NCBI GenBank assembly: GCA_963713825.1
Contig: CAVQNG010000025.1
Location: 384,001 to 448,000 of the forward strand
DNA from: an uncultured Acidobacteriota bacterium
GTDB taxonomy: Bacteria; Acidobacteriota; Thermoanaerobaculia; Multivoradales; JAHEKO01
DNA length: 64,000 bases
Direction of reading: 5' to 3'
A program made the translations under genes and the position numbers. Shown here piece by piece: positions 1 through 9,623 of the stretch. The notes beneath the pieces were generated by a model. The model was not told where the DNA came from. It worked only from the letters and a program-made list of their open reading frames with translations, and searched no databases. Numbering within the stretch: position 1 is the first letter of the stretch; the number at the start of each line of letters is the position of its first letter.

Positions 1-724
1 CACCCTCCATCCCCAGGATCTGCCGCATCTCATCCACCCAGACGCCGGTAGCGTTGATGACCAGGTGCGCTTCGATGCGATGGGTCTTACCGCTTTCGAG
101 GTCCCGTACCAAGACCCCTCGCACTCGGCCAGTGGAATCCCGCACGGCATCCACGACCTGGGTCCTTGTCAGGGCTCGACCGCCGTAGGCGCAACCGGTT
201 GCCGCCACCGCCAGGGTCAGCTGGGCATCATCGGTCAGCGCGTCGGTGTAGATCATCGCCCGCTCGAGACGGTCGGTGTCGAGGCCTGGAGCCAGTTCCT
301 CGACCTCGGGGCGTTCGAGATGAGCGTGCTTGTCCGAGCGGTGGGTGAGGCGGTCGTACATCCAGAGTCCCAGATCGACAGTCCACCCGGGAATGCGGTC
401 TCCATGACTTGCCGGGTAGATGAACCGCACAGGTCGGACTAGCAGCGGATTCAACGCCAGCATCCGGTCCCTTTCGCTGCAGGCCATCCTGGTGACCCGG
501 AACTGCATCTCCTTCAAGTAACGAAGACCACCATGGATGAGCTTGGATGAGCGTGAGGAGGTGCCCGAGGCGAAGTCACCCTTCTCCAGGAGTAGAGGCC
601 GCAACCCGCGCTGAGCGGCATCGAGCAGGATTCCGCAACCGGTGATCCCGCCGCCGATGATGATCAGATCGAAGGGCTCGTTCAACGCTTCGAGGGTGCG
701 GCGGTGCCAGCCATCGGGGAACAT
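1..724 (-). CDS. glpD: FAD-dependent glycerol-3-phosphate dehydrogenase/oxidase (5' part; runs off the window edge)
   Basis: Manual translation from ATG at 724: MFPDGWHRRTLEALNEPFDLIIIGGGITGCGILLDAAQRGLRPLLLEKGDFASGTSSRSSKLIHGGLRYLKE, containing the GlpD signature GTSSRSSKLIHGGLRYL. Not in the ORF track because it has no stop in the window. Confidence 0.9.
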   Translation of the reverse strand, partial: MFPDGWHRRTLEALNEPFDLIIIGGGITGCGILLDAAQRGLRPLLLEKGDFASGTSSRSSKLIHGGLRYLKEMQFRVTRMACSERDRMLALNPLLVRPVRFIYPASHGDRIPGWTVDLGLWMYDRLTHRSDKHAHLERPEVEELAPGLDTDRLERAMIYTDALTDDAQLTLAVAATGCAYGGRALTRTQVVDAVRDSTGRVRGVLVRDLESGKTHRIEAHLVINATGVWVDEMRQILGMEG

Positions 725-726
725 GA

Positions 727-2382
727 TCAGGCCTCCAGTCGATCCTCTGGATCCAGCAATACCTGTGGATTGAGAATGCCTTCTGGGTCGACGGCTCGGG
801 CAGCGGCAGCCAGGAGCCTATGTCCTGTGCTGCCAATCTCCTGGTCCAACCATGGGGCGTGCCAGCGGCCGACTCCATGATGGTGAGTAAGGGTACCGCC
901 GGCCTTCAGCAGGGCCTCGGTGGCGCGACGCTTGAGATGGGCCCAGCGGCTGAGTGCTTCGTCGACGTCGGTCGGGCAGCGGAAGAAGAAGGTGAAGTAG
1001 AGCGAGGCACCATCCTGGTACGGATGCGACAGGTGGCACAGGACGCTGGTCGCCTCCTGCTCCTCCTGCAGTGCCGACTCGAGTGCCGCTCGAACGCCCT
1101 GAGCCAGGCTCGGTAGGGAAGACCAGGGAGCAGCAGTCTCGAGGGTGTCGGTCGCGATGCCCCGGTCGAGCAGGGAATCGCGCAGGTAGGGGTGGCGGAA
1201 CCGATCCTCGAGCCAGCGGCGTCCCGGTCGCCGTCCGAGAGCGACGGCTCCATGGCGCCGGAGGATGGCGGCTGCCCGATCGAGGCAGAGCTCGGTCTCA
1301 TCCACGCTGCCAGCAGCACCGCACAGTAGGAGGCATCCCGAGCCACGAATGCCACGCAAGCGAATCCAGCCCCGCAGCAGCGACGCGACGAGGGAGTGGC
1401 CGGCGAGCCCGGCTCGCAGGGCAACCTCGGTCTCCGGCTCGTCCGAGAGTCGAAGGAGTTGCAGGGGCAGGCGAGTCTGGGTCAGCTCCCTGACCGCCTC
1501 GAGCCCTACCTCCCAGCTGCGTAGGAGAAGGGCCTCCACATGCATGCACTCGGGCAGCGGGCTTACCCTGACCGTGGCCTGCGTCAGGACTCCGAAGCGC
1601 CCCTCGCTGCCCAGAAGGACTTGCCTCAGGTCGGGTCCTGCCGCAGTCGAGGGCATGGCTGCCAACTCCAGCCTGCCAGTGGGAGTCACCGCCTCGGTTC
1701 CGGCCAGGAGACGTTCGATGCCACCATTGGCGAGCGACTCCTGACCGGAGGCTCGCGTAGCGATCCAACCTCCGAGGGTCGAGAGCTCCCAAGATTGAGG
1801 AAAGTGACCCAGGGTGAGGCCGTAAGGCGCCAGCTGTGACTCGAGCTCGGGACCACGAACTCCAGCGCCGAAAGTGGCGAGGCGCGACTCGGAGTCGAGC
1901 CCTTCGAGTCCGGATAGTCCTTCCATGTCGAGAGAAAGGACCGGGTTCTGGCCCGGGAGCACGTTGACCGCTCCCGTTACCGAAGTGCCGCCTCCCCAGG
2001 GAATGATCCGAATTTCGTGCTGGCTGCATAGCTGCAGTGTTGGCTCGATCTCGGTTGCGGAGCCGGGGCGGGCTACGGCGTCGGGCAGGGCGGAGACAGC
2101 TCCTGCTCGGAGACGTAGAAGATCGGGCAACCCCTGACCTCGTGCATGAGCGAGCCGGTCGAGCGGCTCCAGAGATATCTGGCACGGGAGACGGGGGAGG
2201 GGTTGGGAATCGACCGGCAGAAAGCTCGAGGGGTCGAATCGCGGGTACGGTACCGTCTTTCCAAGTCTCTCCTCCAGCCACTGGAGGAGAGAGTCGGATG
2301 GAGGGAAGGACTCGCCTTCGAATCCCCAGCCTGCCAGACGACGACGTGGTGGGCCACTGCCCGCATCAGAGCTTGCCATCAC
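727..2382 (-). CDS. FAD-binding oxidoreductase, alkyl-dihydroxyacetonephosphate synthase-like (FAD_binding_4/FAD-oxidase_C)
   Basis: PWGGGTSV, GHFPQSWELSTLGGWIATRASG, GSEGRFG, CHLSHPYQDGASLYF and HHHGVG motifs; directly upstream of glpD. Confidence 0.85.
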   Translation of the reverse strand: MMASSDAGSGPPRRRLAGWGFEGESFPPSDSLLQWLEERLGKTVPYPRFDPSSFLPVDSQPLPRLPCQISLEPLDRLAHARGQGLPDLLRLRAGAVSALPDAVARPGSATEIEPTLQLCSQHEIRIIPWGGGTSVTGAVNVLPGQNPVLSLDMEGLSGLEGLDSESRLATFGAGVRGPELESQLAPYGLTLGHFPQSWELSTLGGWIATRASGQESLANGGIERLLAGTEAVTPTGRLELAAMPSTAAGPDLRQVLLGSEGRFGVLTQATVRVSPLPECMHVEALLLRSWEVGLEAVRELTQTRLPLQLLRLSDEPETEVALRAGLAGHSLVASLLRGWIRLRGIRGSGCLLLCGAAGSVDETELCLDRAAAILRRHGAVALGRRPGRRWLEDRFRHPYLRDSLLDRGIATDTLETAAPWSSLPSLAQGVRAALESALQEEQEATSVLCHLSHPYQDGASLYFTFFFRCPTDVDEALSRWAHLKRRATEALLKAGGTLTHHHGVGRWHAPWLDQEIGSTGHRLLAAAARAVDPEGILNPQVLLDPEDRLEA

Positions 2383-2401
2383 CGAGAACTACTCTATCTG
2401 A

Positions 2402-2500
2402 TAGGGGTTGAGGCGTCCGGTCGTGCCTCCTGGACGATCTTTGTGGGCTTGGGGGTTGAACCGGCCGAACTGCGTCTCGGCCGGCCTTTGGGGCTTGGGT
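2402..2500. repeat. Partial copy of a dispersed palindromic element (full copy at 36846-36974)
   Basis: TAGGGGTTGAGGCGTCCGGTCGTGCCTCCTGGACG matches the reverse complement of the right arm at ~36939-36973; CGATCTTTGTGGGCTTGGGGGTTGAACCGGCC matches ~36876-36906. Confidence 0.65.
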
Positions 2501-2792
2501 CCTGAACTGATGACTCTCATCTCGTGGAGGTCCGCACGGGCGGCTCGCAGGGGGACGGCGTCGGCTACTCGGACTGCGACGGCCAGGCCGCCACCTCGTC
2601 TCGTCATCGCGCCTGATCTGTTGTGCACTTTGATAGTCCTGGCGCCGCGCTCGACGAGGCGCCCCCTGTCGAGCCACCCGCACGAACTCTGGCACCAGTG
2701 GAGGCAAATGGGGGCCTAGGACGTAGGGGCGTAGAGGACGATTTCCAATGTCACAGAGGGGCAGGGTCGCGTACGAGGTCTCGCCACCTACA

Positions 2793-2876
2793 GAGGGGTT
2801 CGACGTGGGGACCTCCAGGGGGTTGGTTGCTGTGGAAGGGAGGATAGCCCCCTGGGGGCCCCACGTCGAACCCCTC
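2793..2876. repeat. Long GC-rich inverted repeat (~29-bp arms)
   Basis: GAGGGGTTCGACGTGGGGACCTCCAGGGGG (2793-2822) pairs almost perfectly with CCCCCTGGGGGCCCCACGTCGAACCCCTC (2848-2876). Confidence 0.8.
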
Positions 2877-2932
2877 CGCAACGACCAGGCGTCTTTGGGC
2901 CCGAGCGCGCCTGCGAACCACCCGGATGGGCC

Positions 2933-3553
2933 TCATCTAGTTGACGGATTGTTGGGGCGCAGCGTTTCGAGGTAACGCTCGATGCCCAGGCGGCAGGCGG
3001 ACAGGACGTCGGTGCTCAGCTCGCACTTCGCCAGGCCGATGGACCCCTCCCAGGAGGCGACGATGAACGTGGCGGCGGATAGGGCGTCCACATCCTCTCG
3101 AACGGTCCCATTCCGCTGGCCTCTCTCCAGGAGCACTTGCAGCCCGTCGCGCCACTCCTGATAGATGGCGGAGAGCCTCTGACGGAAACCCTCATCGATA
3201 GCCGACATCTCCTGGCTCAAATTGTTGAGTGGACAGCCCAGTGCCAGCCTTTCGGGAGTGACTTCCTGCTCGGACTTCCGGGCCAAATCGATCAGGGCAT
3301 CGATGGGATCGGCGGCCTTCTCGACAGAATGGAGCCAACGGTCGAGGATCCAATCTCGGACTACCTGGTCGACCATTTCGTGACCCAACTCGGCCTTGCC
3401 TCCGAAATGGTGGTAGAGCGCGCCCTTGGTGACCCCGGCCCGAGTGAGGATGGCTGCCAGGTCCGCCGATCGAAACCCTTCCCGATGAGATACCCGAAAA
3501 ACGGCCTGGAGAAGCCGTTGCTTGGTAGTCGCGGGATCCCTTCTTGTAGCCAT
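2933..3553 (-). CDS. TetR/AcrR family transcriptional regulator
   Basis: N-terminal HTH (ILTRAGVTKGALYHHFGGK) and GCPL motif in the C-terminal domain. Confidence 0.92.
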   Translation of the reverse strand: MATRRDPATTKQRLLQAVFRVSHREGFRSADLAAILTRAGVTKGALYHHFGGKAELGHEMVDQVVRDWILDRWLHSVEKAADPIDALIDLARKSEQEVTPERLALGCPLNNLSQEMSAIDEGFRQRLSAIYQEWRDGLQVLLERGQRNGTVREDVDALSAATFIVASWEGSIGLAKCELSTDVLSACRLGIERYLETLRPNNPSTR

Positions 3554-3611
3554 TGAATGGGTGATCTGAGGGTTCTAGGGTTCTGCACGCGATTTGGTCT
3601 TGAGCATTGTA

Positions 3612-3633
3612 ATACAAACCAACTGGTATGTAT
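3612..3633. promoter_or_regulatory. Putative TetR operator (palindrome)
   Basis: ATACAAACC-AACT-GGTATGTAT imperfect palindrome in an AT-rich patch about 60 bp upstream of the tetR start. Confidence 0.65.
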
Positions 3634-3728
3634 GTACGGTTCTGGGAATCCAAGCTGCTTGCGAGAACTTGGTAGTTCTGGCGCGCAACCCTGGACAGGC
3701 GCGAACTTGCTTGGCAACCGGGGCGAAT

Positions 3729-4481
3729 TCACCCCGATGGGGCGAGGGCCAGCACCAAGGCTGCGTAGGCCGACGCGGCAAGAATGAATGCGATGAGATC
3801 GGCCGAGCGATCGGTGTACGGCAGCTCGTTGCGGAGAATGTTCAAGATGGTGCCGCCGGCGATGAAGGCGAGCACCAGGGCCAACGCAGCGGGTGGTATG
3901 TCGAAGCGAGGTATGACTCCGATCAGCCAGCCTGCAAGAAGGCCTCCTGTAACCAACCACCTCCCCTTACGCTCGTATCGCTTGCCGTGGTGCTCGACCA
4001 AAGACCAATCGTTGGCCAGAAAGTGCAGGCCCATCGCCAGCGCGAACAACCAGAGGGGTTCCACGGCCTCGTCGCCCGGGCTGGCGACCGCATATCCAAT
4101 CGAAGCGTTGAGGACAGAGAAGGACAGAATGCTGAACCAGAAGGCTCCATTCCCTGTGATCTCTGGGGTCCCCGAACGACGGCCTTTGCGGCGCGAGTTT
4201 CTGGAAACGGTCTCCACGGCATAGAACATCGTCAGACCGACCATCGCGAGGATGTAGATGTGGTGCTGGAGTCCAGGCAGGAATCCTCGGTTGTCGATCA
4301 GGACCTGTCGTTTGGCGAGATCGGGGAGCAGATCCAGGAGGACCCAGCAAACGCTGATCCCAGCCGCGGCCGACAGGGCCCTCGGTTGCCACCGGCGCTC
4401 GAGGGACGCCACGGTTCCGGCGCTCACATGCACGGCGGCCAGCGCCGCGACTGTGATCAGGGAGGCAAGAACGGGATTCAA
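3729..4481 (-). CDS. Polytopic membrane protein, distant ZIP (ZupT)-like metal transporter
   Basis: About 8 hydrophobic segments; ZIP-like elements AAGISV..LDLLP, AMGLHF, and LAFIAGGTILNILRNELP near the C-terminus. Confidence 0.55.
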   Translation of the reverse strand: MNPVLASLITVAALAAVHVSAGTVASLERRWQPRALSAAAGISVCWVLLDLLPDLAKRQVLIDNRGFLPGLQHHIYILAMVGLTMFYAVETVSRNSRRKGRRSGTPEITGNGAFWFSILSFSVLNASIGYAVASPGDEAVEPLWLFALAMGLHFLANDWSLVEHHGKRYERKGRWLVTGGLLAGWLIGVIPRFDIPPAALALVLAFIAGGTILNILRNELPYTDRSADLIAFILAASAYAALVLALAPSG

Positions 4482-4518
4482 TGGATGGACCTTCGCCAGC
4501 GCGGATCTGGGAACGATT

Positions 4519-4938
4519 TCAAGTCCCCATCACCTGCAAATGGATGCGCCGTGTTCTGGGCCGATTGTCGAAGTCGCAGAGCACGACCTGCTGCCAGGTC
4601 CCTGTCTCGAGCCGGCCCTCGGTCACCGGTAGGACCATCGAGGGTCCCAGCAAGGCCGCACGGACGTGGGAGTAACCGTTGCCGTCGCCCCATCTGAGGT
4701 TGTGGTCGTATTCGGCGTTGCGTGGCGCCAGTCGCTCGACTGCCTTCTTGAGATCACTGACAGCACCGCTCTCGAACTCGATGGTGGTCACGGAGGCGGT
4801 GGAGCCCGGCACGGCGACAAGCACCCAGCCGTCTTCGATGCCAGTGGATGCGAGGAAGCCCTGGACATCGCCTGTCAGATCCAGGATGTCGGTCTCCCCC
4901 GAGGTGCTTCGTTCCAGGACTGTCGTTTCGAGTCTCAT
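4519..4938 (-). CDS. yjbQ: UPF0047/YjbQ secondary thiamine-phosphate synthase family
   Basis: YDHN..GDGNGYSHVRAALLG and GTWQQVVLCDFD motifs. Confidence 0.9.
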   Translation of the reverse strand: MRLETTVLERSTSGETDILDLTGDVQGFLASTGIEDGWVLVAVPGSTASVTTIEFESGAVSDLKKAVERLAPRNAEYDHNLRWGDGNGYSHVRAALLGPSMVLPVTEGRLETGTWQQVVLCDFDNRPRTRRIHLQVMGT

Positions 4939-4971
4939 CGATCAAATCCTCCGATGCTCTGACACTTGGTC

Positions 4972-5757
4972 CTACGCGAGCCCCTTGAGATAGCCGCCAT
5001 CGACAGCCATGGCCTGTCCGGTGACATAGGACGCCGACGGCGAGCAGAGAAACGCGATCACCTCGCCGATTTCCGAAGGTTCTGCCATCCGGCCAATCGG
5101 CAGGTCCCGCCCCTGCGCTGCCAGGATTTCGTCCGCATCCTGGCCGGTCTGTTGAGCCACCTGGGTAGCCAACTCCACCTGCCGCTCGGTTCGTGTGTAG
5201 CCCGGAAGCACGGAGTTGACAGTAACGCCGTCGGCAGCCACCTCTAGCGCCAGCGTCTTTAGATAGCCGAGAACGGCGGGTCGCAGAGCATTGGAGAGGG
5301 CAAGGCGCGGAATCGGTTGCCTCGCCGAGACCGAGTTGATGGCCACGATGCGACCCCAACCGCGGCGTCTCATCCCCGGCAAGACCAACCTGCAGAGCCG
5401 GGGCACGAACAGAAAGGCCAGGGGCAGGGCCTCCTGCCAATCGGTCTCGTCCAGTTCGATTGCTGGCTTGACGCGGGGACCGCCCCCATTGGCAACGAGG
5501 ATATCGACAGGGCCGAGATGTTCCTCGACTTCGCTTACGAGGTTCGCGAGCTCGTCGGGTTGTCGAATGTCGGCTGGGATGGCCACGACCTCGCCGCCCC
5601 CGGCGGACAGCGACCGATGAGCGGACTCCAGCTTCTTTCCTCCGCGGCTGTTCAGCGCCACGCGGGCGCCGAGGTCGACGAGCGCTCGAGCGGCGGCAAA
5701 TCCCAGGCCACTACTCGATCCGGTGACCAGCGCGACGCGATCTTGCAAGGCCGTCAT
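4972..5757 (-). CDS. SDR family oxidoreductase (3-oxoacyl-ACP reductase-like)
   Basis: TGSSSGLG Rossmann motif, VANGGGP, and YVTGQAMAVDGG. Confidence 0.9.
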   Translation of the reverse strand: MTALQDRVALVTGSSSGLGFAAARALVDLGARVALNSRGGKKLESAHRSLSAGGGEVVAIPADIRQPDELANLVSEVEEHLGPVDILVANGGGPRVKPAIELDETDWQEALPLAFLFVPRLCRLVLPGMRRRGWGRIVAINSVSARQPIPRLALSNALRPAVLGYLKTLALEVAADGVTVNSVLPGYTRTERQVELATQVAQQTGQDADEILAAQGRDLPIGRMAEPSEIGEVIAFLCSPSASYVTGQAMAVDGGYLKGLA

Positions 5758-5784
5758 GGCTGTCTCCTTGTCCTGGATCTCTGT

Positions 5785-6675
5785 TCAATCGATCTTCTTG
5801 CCATTCTCGTCATATTCGTAGACCCCTCGACCCACCTTCCGACCCAGGCGTCCAGCCTGGACATACTGCTGGAAAAGATTGTTGGGTCGGTAGAGCTCTC
5901 CCAGAGACCGACTCAGGCGCTCGAGGACCGACAACCTGACATCCAGCCCCACGAGATCGATCATCTCGAAAGGTCCCATGGGGTGGTTGAGGCCCAACTT
6001 CAGAGCTTTGTCGATGTCGGAGGCGCTGGCAACGCCCTCCTGCAGCATGCGGAAGGCCTCATTGCCGATGAGTGCGTTGATGCGCGAGGTCACGAAGCCG
6101 GGCGATTCCTTCACCTCCACGACTTCCTTGCCCATCGTCTCGGCCACTTCACGCAGCGCCTGGAGCGTCTCCCAGTCCGTTTCGAGTCCTTTCACCAGCT
6201 CGACGAGTCGCATGATGTGGACCGGATTGAAGAAGTGCATACCGGCGAATCGCTCCGGCCTGTCCAGGGCACAGGCCATCTCGGTGATCGACAGCGCCGA
6301 GGTGTTGGATGCGAGCAGCACGTGCTTCGGGGCCGACTGAACGACTTTTTGGAAGGTGTCGATCTTGAGCTCCATCGACTCGGGTACCGCTTCGATCACC
6401 AGATCTGCACCCGAAACGGCGGCGGAGAGATCGGGGTGGAAGTCGAGCAGCTCTCGGGCACGTTGCGCGATCGCCGGATCCACTTTGCCCAGCTCAACGC
6501 CCTTCTCGAGATTGTTGAAGATGGCGCTACGGGCCTGCTCGAGAGCATCGCCTGAGATGTCGAACAGGCAGGTCTCGTAACCTCCGAATGCGGCCACGTG
6601 AGCGATTCCCCGTCCCATGGTTCCGGCTCCAAGTACGGTAATGGTGCGAATCTCCGGTTGGGCTTGTCGGCTCAT
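5785..6675 (-). CDS. 3-hydroxyacyl/3-hydroxybutyryl-CoA dehydrogenase
   Basis: GAGTMGRG, IEAVPE, SNTSALSI, GMHFFNP and HPMGPF motifs. Start placed at MSRQAQ (6675), overlapping the upstream stop (ATGA). Confidence 0.92.
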   Translation of the reverse strand: MSRQAQPEIRTITVLGAGTMGRGIAHVAAFGGYETCLFDISGDALEQARSAIFNNLEKGVELGKVDPAIAQRARELLDFHPDLSAAVSGADLVIEAVPESMELKIDTFQKVVQSAPKHVLLASNTSALSITEMACALDRPERFAGMHFFNPVHIMRLVELVKGLETDWETLQALREVAETMGKEVVEVKESPGFVTSRINALIGNEAFRMLQEGVASASDIDKALKLGLNHPMGPFEMIDLVGLDVRLSVLERLSRSLGELYRPNNLFQQYVQAGRLGRKVGRGVYEYDENGKKID

Positions 6676-7778
6676 GGAGTGGCCTCGCTCTCGTTGGCAG
6701 AGGTGGCGGTTTTCGGGGCTGGCGGGCTGCACGCGACCTCCGGGTCTCCCACGGTGAGCACGACCTTGCCGAACAGGGTACGGTCGGTCAGAAGCTCCTG
6801 GGCCTCGGGCGCCTTTTCCAAGGGCAGTGTGCGGTCGACCACCGGTTTCAACGGACCGGTGTCGAAGAATCTCAGGACTTCCCTCAGTTCGGCGAGACTG
6901 CCCATGGTCGAGCCGAGAATCGACAGACTCTTGAAGAACACGGCCCGGAGGTTGACTTTGGCCATGGCTTCACTTGTGGCACCACAAAGCACCACGCGAC
7001 CGCCCCAGGCCAGTGCCTTCAAGCTCTCCTCGAAGACAAGTCCTCCGACATGTTCGAAGACAACTTCTACGCCTTTGCCTGCGGTGATTTTTCTTACATT
7101 CGAGGCGAATTTCCCTGTCGAGTAATCCAAAGTGTGAGTGGCGCCCAGTTGAACGGCCTGGAGTCGCTTGTCCTCCGTGCCGGCGGTGGCGATGATCTTC
7201 CGTGCACCGAGGAGCTTGGCGATCTGGATGCCGGCCGAGGAGACTCCGGAGCCGGCCGCGTGGATCAGCACGTCTTCCAGCGGGCGCAACTCGGCACGGG
7301 CGGTGAGCATGTGCCAGGCTGTGAGGAAGACAAGAGGAATACCAGCGGCCTCCACGTAGGACAGCCCTTCGGGAAGGCAAAGAATATTGCGGCGAGGTAC
7401 GGCCACGTACTCTGCATAGCCGCCGTCGCGATCCTCTCCGAAGATCCCATAGGAGCGACAGAACTGATCGTTGGCGGCGAGGCAGGCCGGGCAGAGTCCG
7501 CAGGAGACCCCAGGTGCCACCAGAACGGGCTCCCCGGGAGTGAGGTCCATTGCGACGGCTCCCACTTCTTCAACTTCACCAGCGATTTCGCTACCCGGAA
7601 TCAGTGGCAGGGGAAATCGATGTCCTTCGACACCGTTACGGACCCAAAGATCCAGGTGATTGAGACCGCACGCACGGACTCGAACGAGCACCTCGTCGGG
7701 GCGCACCTCAGGCCGGGGCAGCTTGCACCACTCCAGCGCCTCGGGACCACCATGGTGACTGATTCTGTAGGCGAGCAC
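6672..7778 (-). CDS. Zinc-binding alcohol dehydrogenase / quinone oxidoreductase (MDR family)
   Basis: CGLNHLDLW, structural-Zn cluster CGLCPACLAANDQFC, AAGSGVSS. Confidence 0.9.
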   Translation of the reverse strand: MLAYRISHHGGPEALEWCKLPRPEVRPDEVLVRVRACGLNHLDLWVRNGVEGHRFPLPLIPGSEIAGEVEEVGAVAMDLTPGEPVLVAPGVSCGLCPACLAANDQFCRSYGIFGEDRDGGYAEYVAVPRRNILCLPEGLSYVEAAGIPLVFLTAWHMLTARAELRPLEDVLIHAAGSGVSSAGIQIAKLLGARKIIATAGTEDKRLQAVQLGATHTLDYSTGKFASNVRKITAGKGVEVVFEHVGGLVFEESLKALAWGGRVVLCGATSEAMAKVNLRAVFFKSLSILGSTMGSLAELREVLRFFDTGPLKPVVDRTLPLEKAPEAQELLTDRTLFGKVVLTVGDPEVACSPPAPKTATSANESEATP

Positions 7779-7896
7779 CGGGAAATTGTAGCAGCGACGC
7801 GAGGTTCTCCAGACCGAGAGTGAACGAGTTCCACAGGAGAAAGGTGTCCTCTCAGGCTAGACTATGCGCCAGCCGGTCGGTCCTTTTCGACTTGCC

Positions 7897-8835
7897 ATGA
7901 TGGAGGCTGTTTTGAAGAAGATACAGGTTGGCCCCGTGGTTGTTCTGTCGGCGAAAATGACGGCAGCCCTTCTGCTCTGCCTGCTGCCCCTGCTCGCCTC
8001 GGCCAGCTCTTCGGGTGGCTACTCGCCCCTTTCCTTCCTGCTGGACCTGAGAGGCGATTCGGTCAAGGTTCGCTATGCGCCAGGATCCCTGGATCGGGCC
8101 TCACACAGCCAAGATCGGTTCGAGTTGGTGGTTGCCGACTGCAAGAGTTGGGCTCACAACTCCATGCCCCTGGTGGTCTACGTTCTCGGGCCGGAAGAGT
8201 GGCAGGCGGCCGAGGTCGATCGCCCGTATGGGCTGCCGCAGCACATGAGCAGTACCGAGCTGGCCGTTGCCAGTTGGGGAGACGCCCAAACGGTGGCACT
8301 CTGGAGGGATCTGTTGGGCCGACGATTGCCTGTTGTCGAAGGCACTGCACTGCGAGGCAGTCCGGAGGAAGTGGCCAGCATCGCCCTGCAGAACGTGATG
8401 GCGGTCGTCGAAGCCTTCGAGATGTGTCTTGCCAGTAGCGGAATCTCCGGCGACCAGCCGTGGATTGAGGGATTTCTGGTCCAGGCGATGGTGCGGTCAT
8501 TCGTCCAGAAGCACGAGGCTGGGCGACTGGCGGAGGTCGATGGGGTCTTCGCCAGCTTCTCCGAACGAGGTGGTGGTCCCGGCGCCCTGTCATTGAACCA
8601 GGCTCTCGAACCCGAGTCGCTCACCCAATGGCTGTGGGCTGAAGCCCAGTTCTACGAGGCCGCCAAGCGTCTCGCGGAAGAGGAAGGCAAGGCCCCTGCC
8701 AAAGTGGTTTTCAAGCTGGCTGGGAAGCAGAAGGGCAGTCTTCAGGCGGCGGTTCTGGTGGCTGAATTTCCGCTCCTCGCCGACTGGTTGAAAGAGGCCT
8801 TCGCAGGGGATTCGGCCTTGCCTGACGGGCAATAG
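7897..8835 (+). CDS. Hypothetical exported protein
   Basis: Long ORF with a signal-peptide-like segment (LLLCLLPLLASA). No family recognised; start uncertain. Confidence 0.7.
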   Translation: MMEAVLKKIQVGPVVVLSAKMTAALLLCLLPLLASASSSGGYSPLSFLLDLRGDSVKVRYAPGSLDRASHSQDRFELVVADCKSWAHNSMPLVVYVLGPEEWQAAEVDRPYGLPQHMSSTELAVASWGDAQTVALWRDLLGRRLPVVEGTALRGSPEEVASIALQNVMAVVEAFEMCLASSGISGDQPWIEGFLVQAMVRSFVQKHEAGRLAEVDGVFASFSERGGGPGALSLNQALEPESLTQWLWAEAQFYEAAKRLAEEEGKAPAKVVFKLAGKQKGSLQAAVLVAEFPLLADWLKEAFAGDSALPDGQ

Positions 8836-9016
8836 ATGAAAGGTTGAGTGGAAGTCGCTCATGCTGCCGTGCCAGGCTCTTCTCAGGTGACTGTGGAGGC
8901 CGTCCTTGCGTTTCTCAGGACTTTTGTCTAAGAATCAAAATGCTAGAGCTATACCGGAAACGAGATCCCGGCTTCGGCCGTCGGCTGAGGTGGGAATCTG
9001 GAAAGGGAGGTTCGAG

Positions 9017-9586
9017 ATGAAGAAGGCGTTGATGACGTTGGGTCTTGCTGTCCTGCTGACGGCTCCCGCCATGGCAGGTAGCGCAGGCGTCTATGGCGCC
9101 TGGTGGACTAGCGAGGATGCAAGCGACTCGCTAGGCCTTGGCGGTTGGGTCGATTTCTACCTCGGAAAGGGTATGGAGATCGAGTTCCGGGGCAGTCATT
9201 TCAGCGATTTCGAGGCGGAAAACGACGTCGGTGACAGAGCCGATCTGCGGGTCACTGCATGGGATCTGGGCTTCACCTACAACTTCAGCCACAGGTCTGG
9301 GAACAAGCTGAATCCGTACATCGGGGGAGGCGGCACGATTCTCTCCGCGGAGCTGGATCGAATCGAGAATCACAAGGAGCTGGGGACCTTGGACGACGAG
9401 TGGGGCTACTACCTTGTCGGCGGTCTCGAGTTTCCAATCAGCACGCATTTCGCGCTCGTCGGCGAGGCGATGTTCCGCCAGGCGAAGTTCGAGATCCTCG
9501 GCAACGACCTGGGCTTTTCGGGAGTCAAGCAAGTTGTCGACATAAAGGGCTTCGAGGTCAACGGCGGCATCGCCTTCAAGTGGTAA
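9017..9586 (+). CDS. Outer-membrane beta-barrel protein (OmpW/OMP_b-brl-like)
   Basis: RBS GGGAGG, signal peptide MKKALMTLGLAVLLTAPAMA, NPYIGGG, and C-terminal aromatic strand GGIAFKW. Confidence 0.85.
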   Translation: MKKALMTLGLAVLLTAPAMAGSAGVYGAWWTSEDASDSLGLGGWVDFYLGKGMEIEFRGSHFSDFEAENDVGDRADLRVTAWDLGFTYNFSHRSGNKLNPYIGGGGTILSAELDRIENHKELGTLDDEWGYYLVGGLEFPISTHFALVGEAMFRQAKFEILGNDLGFSGVKQVVDIKGFEVNGGIAFKW

Positions 9587-9623
9587 CAGTCGGCTGAAGC
9601 GAAGTTTCAGCTCGAAGATACTG

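Noticed and set aside
2793-2812. tRNA T-loop-like GGTTCGAC
   Set aside because: It is part of one long inverted repeat and no cloverleaf can be formed.
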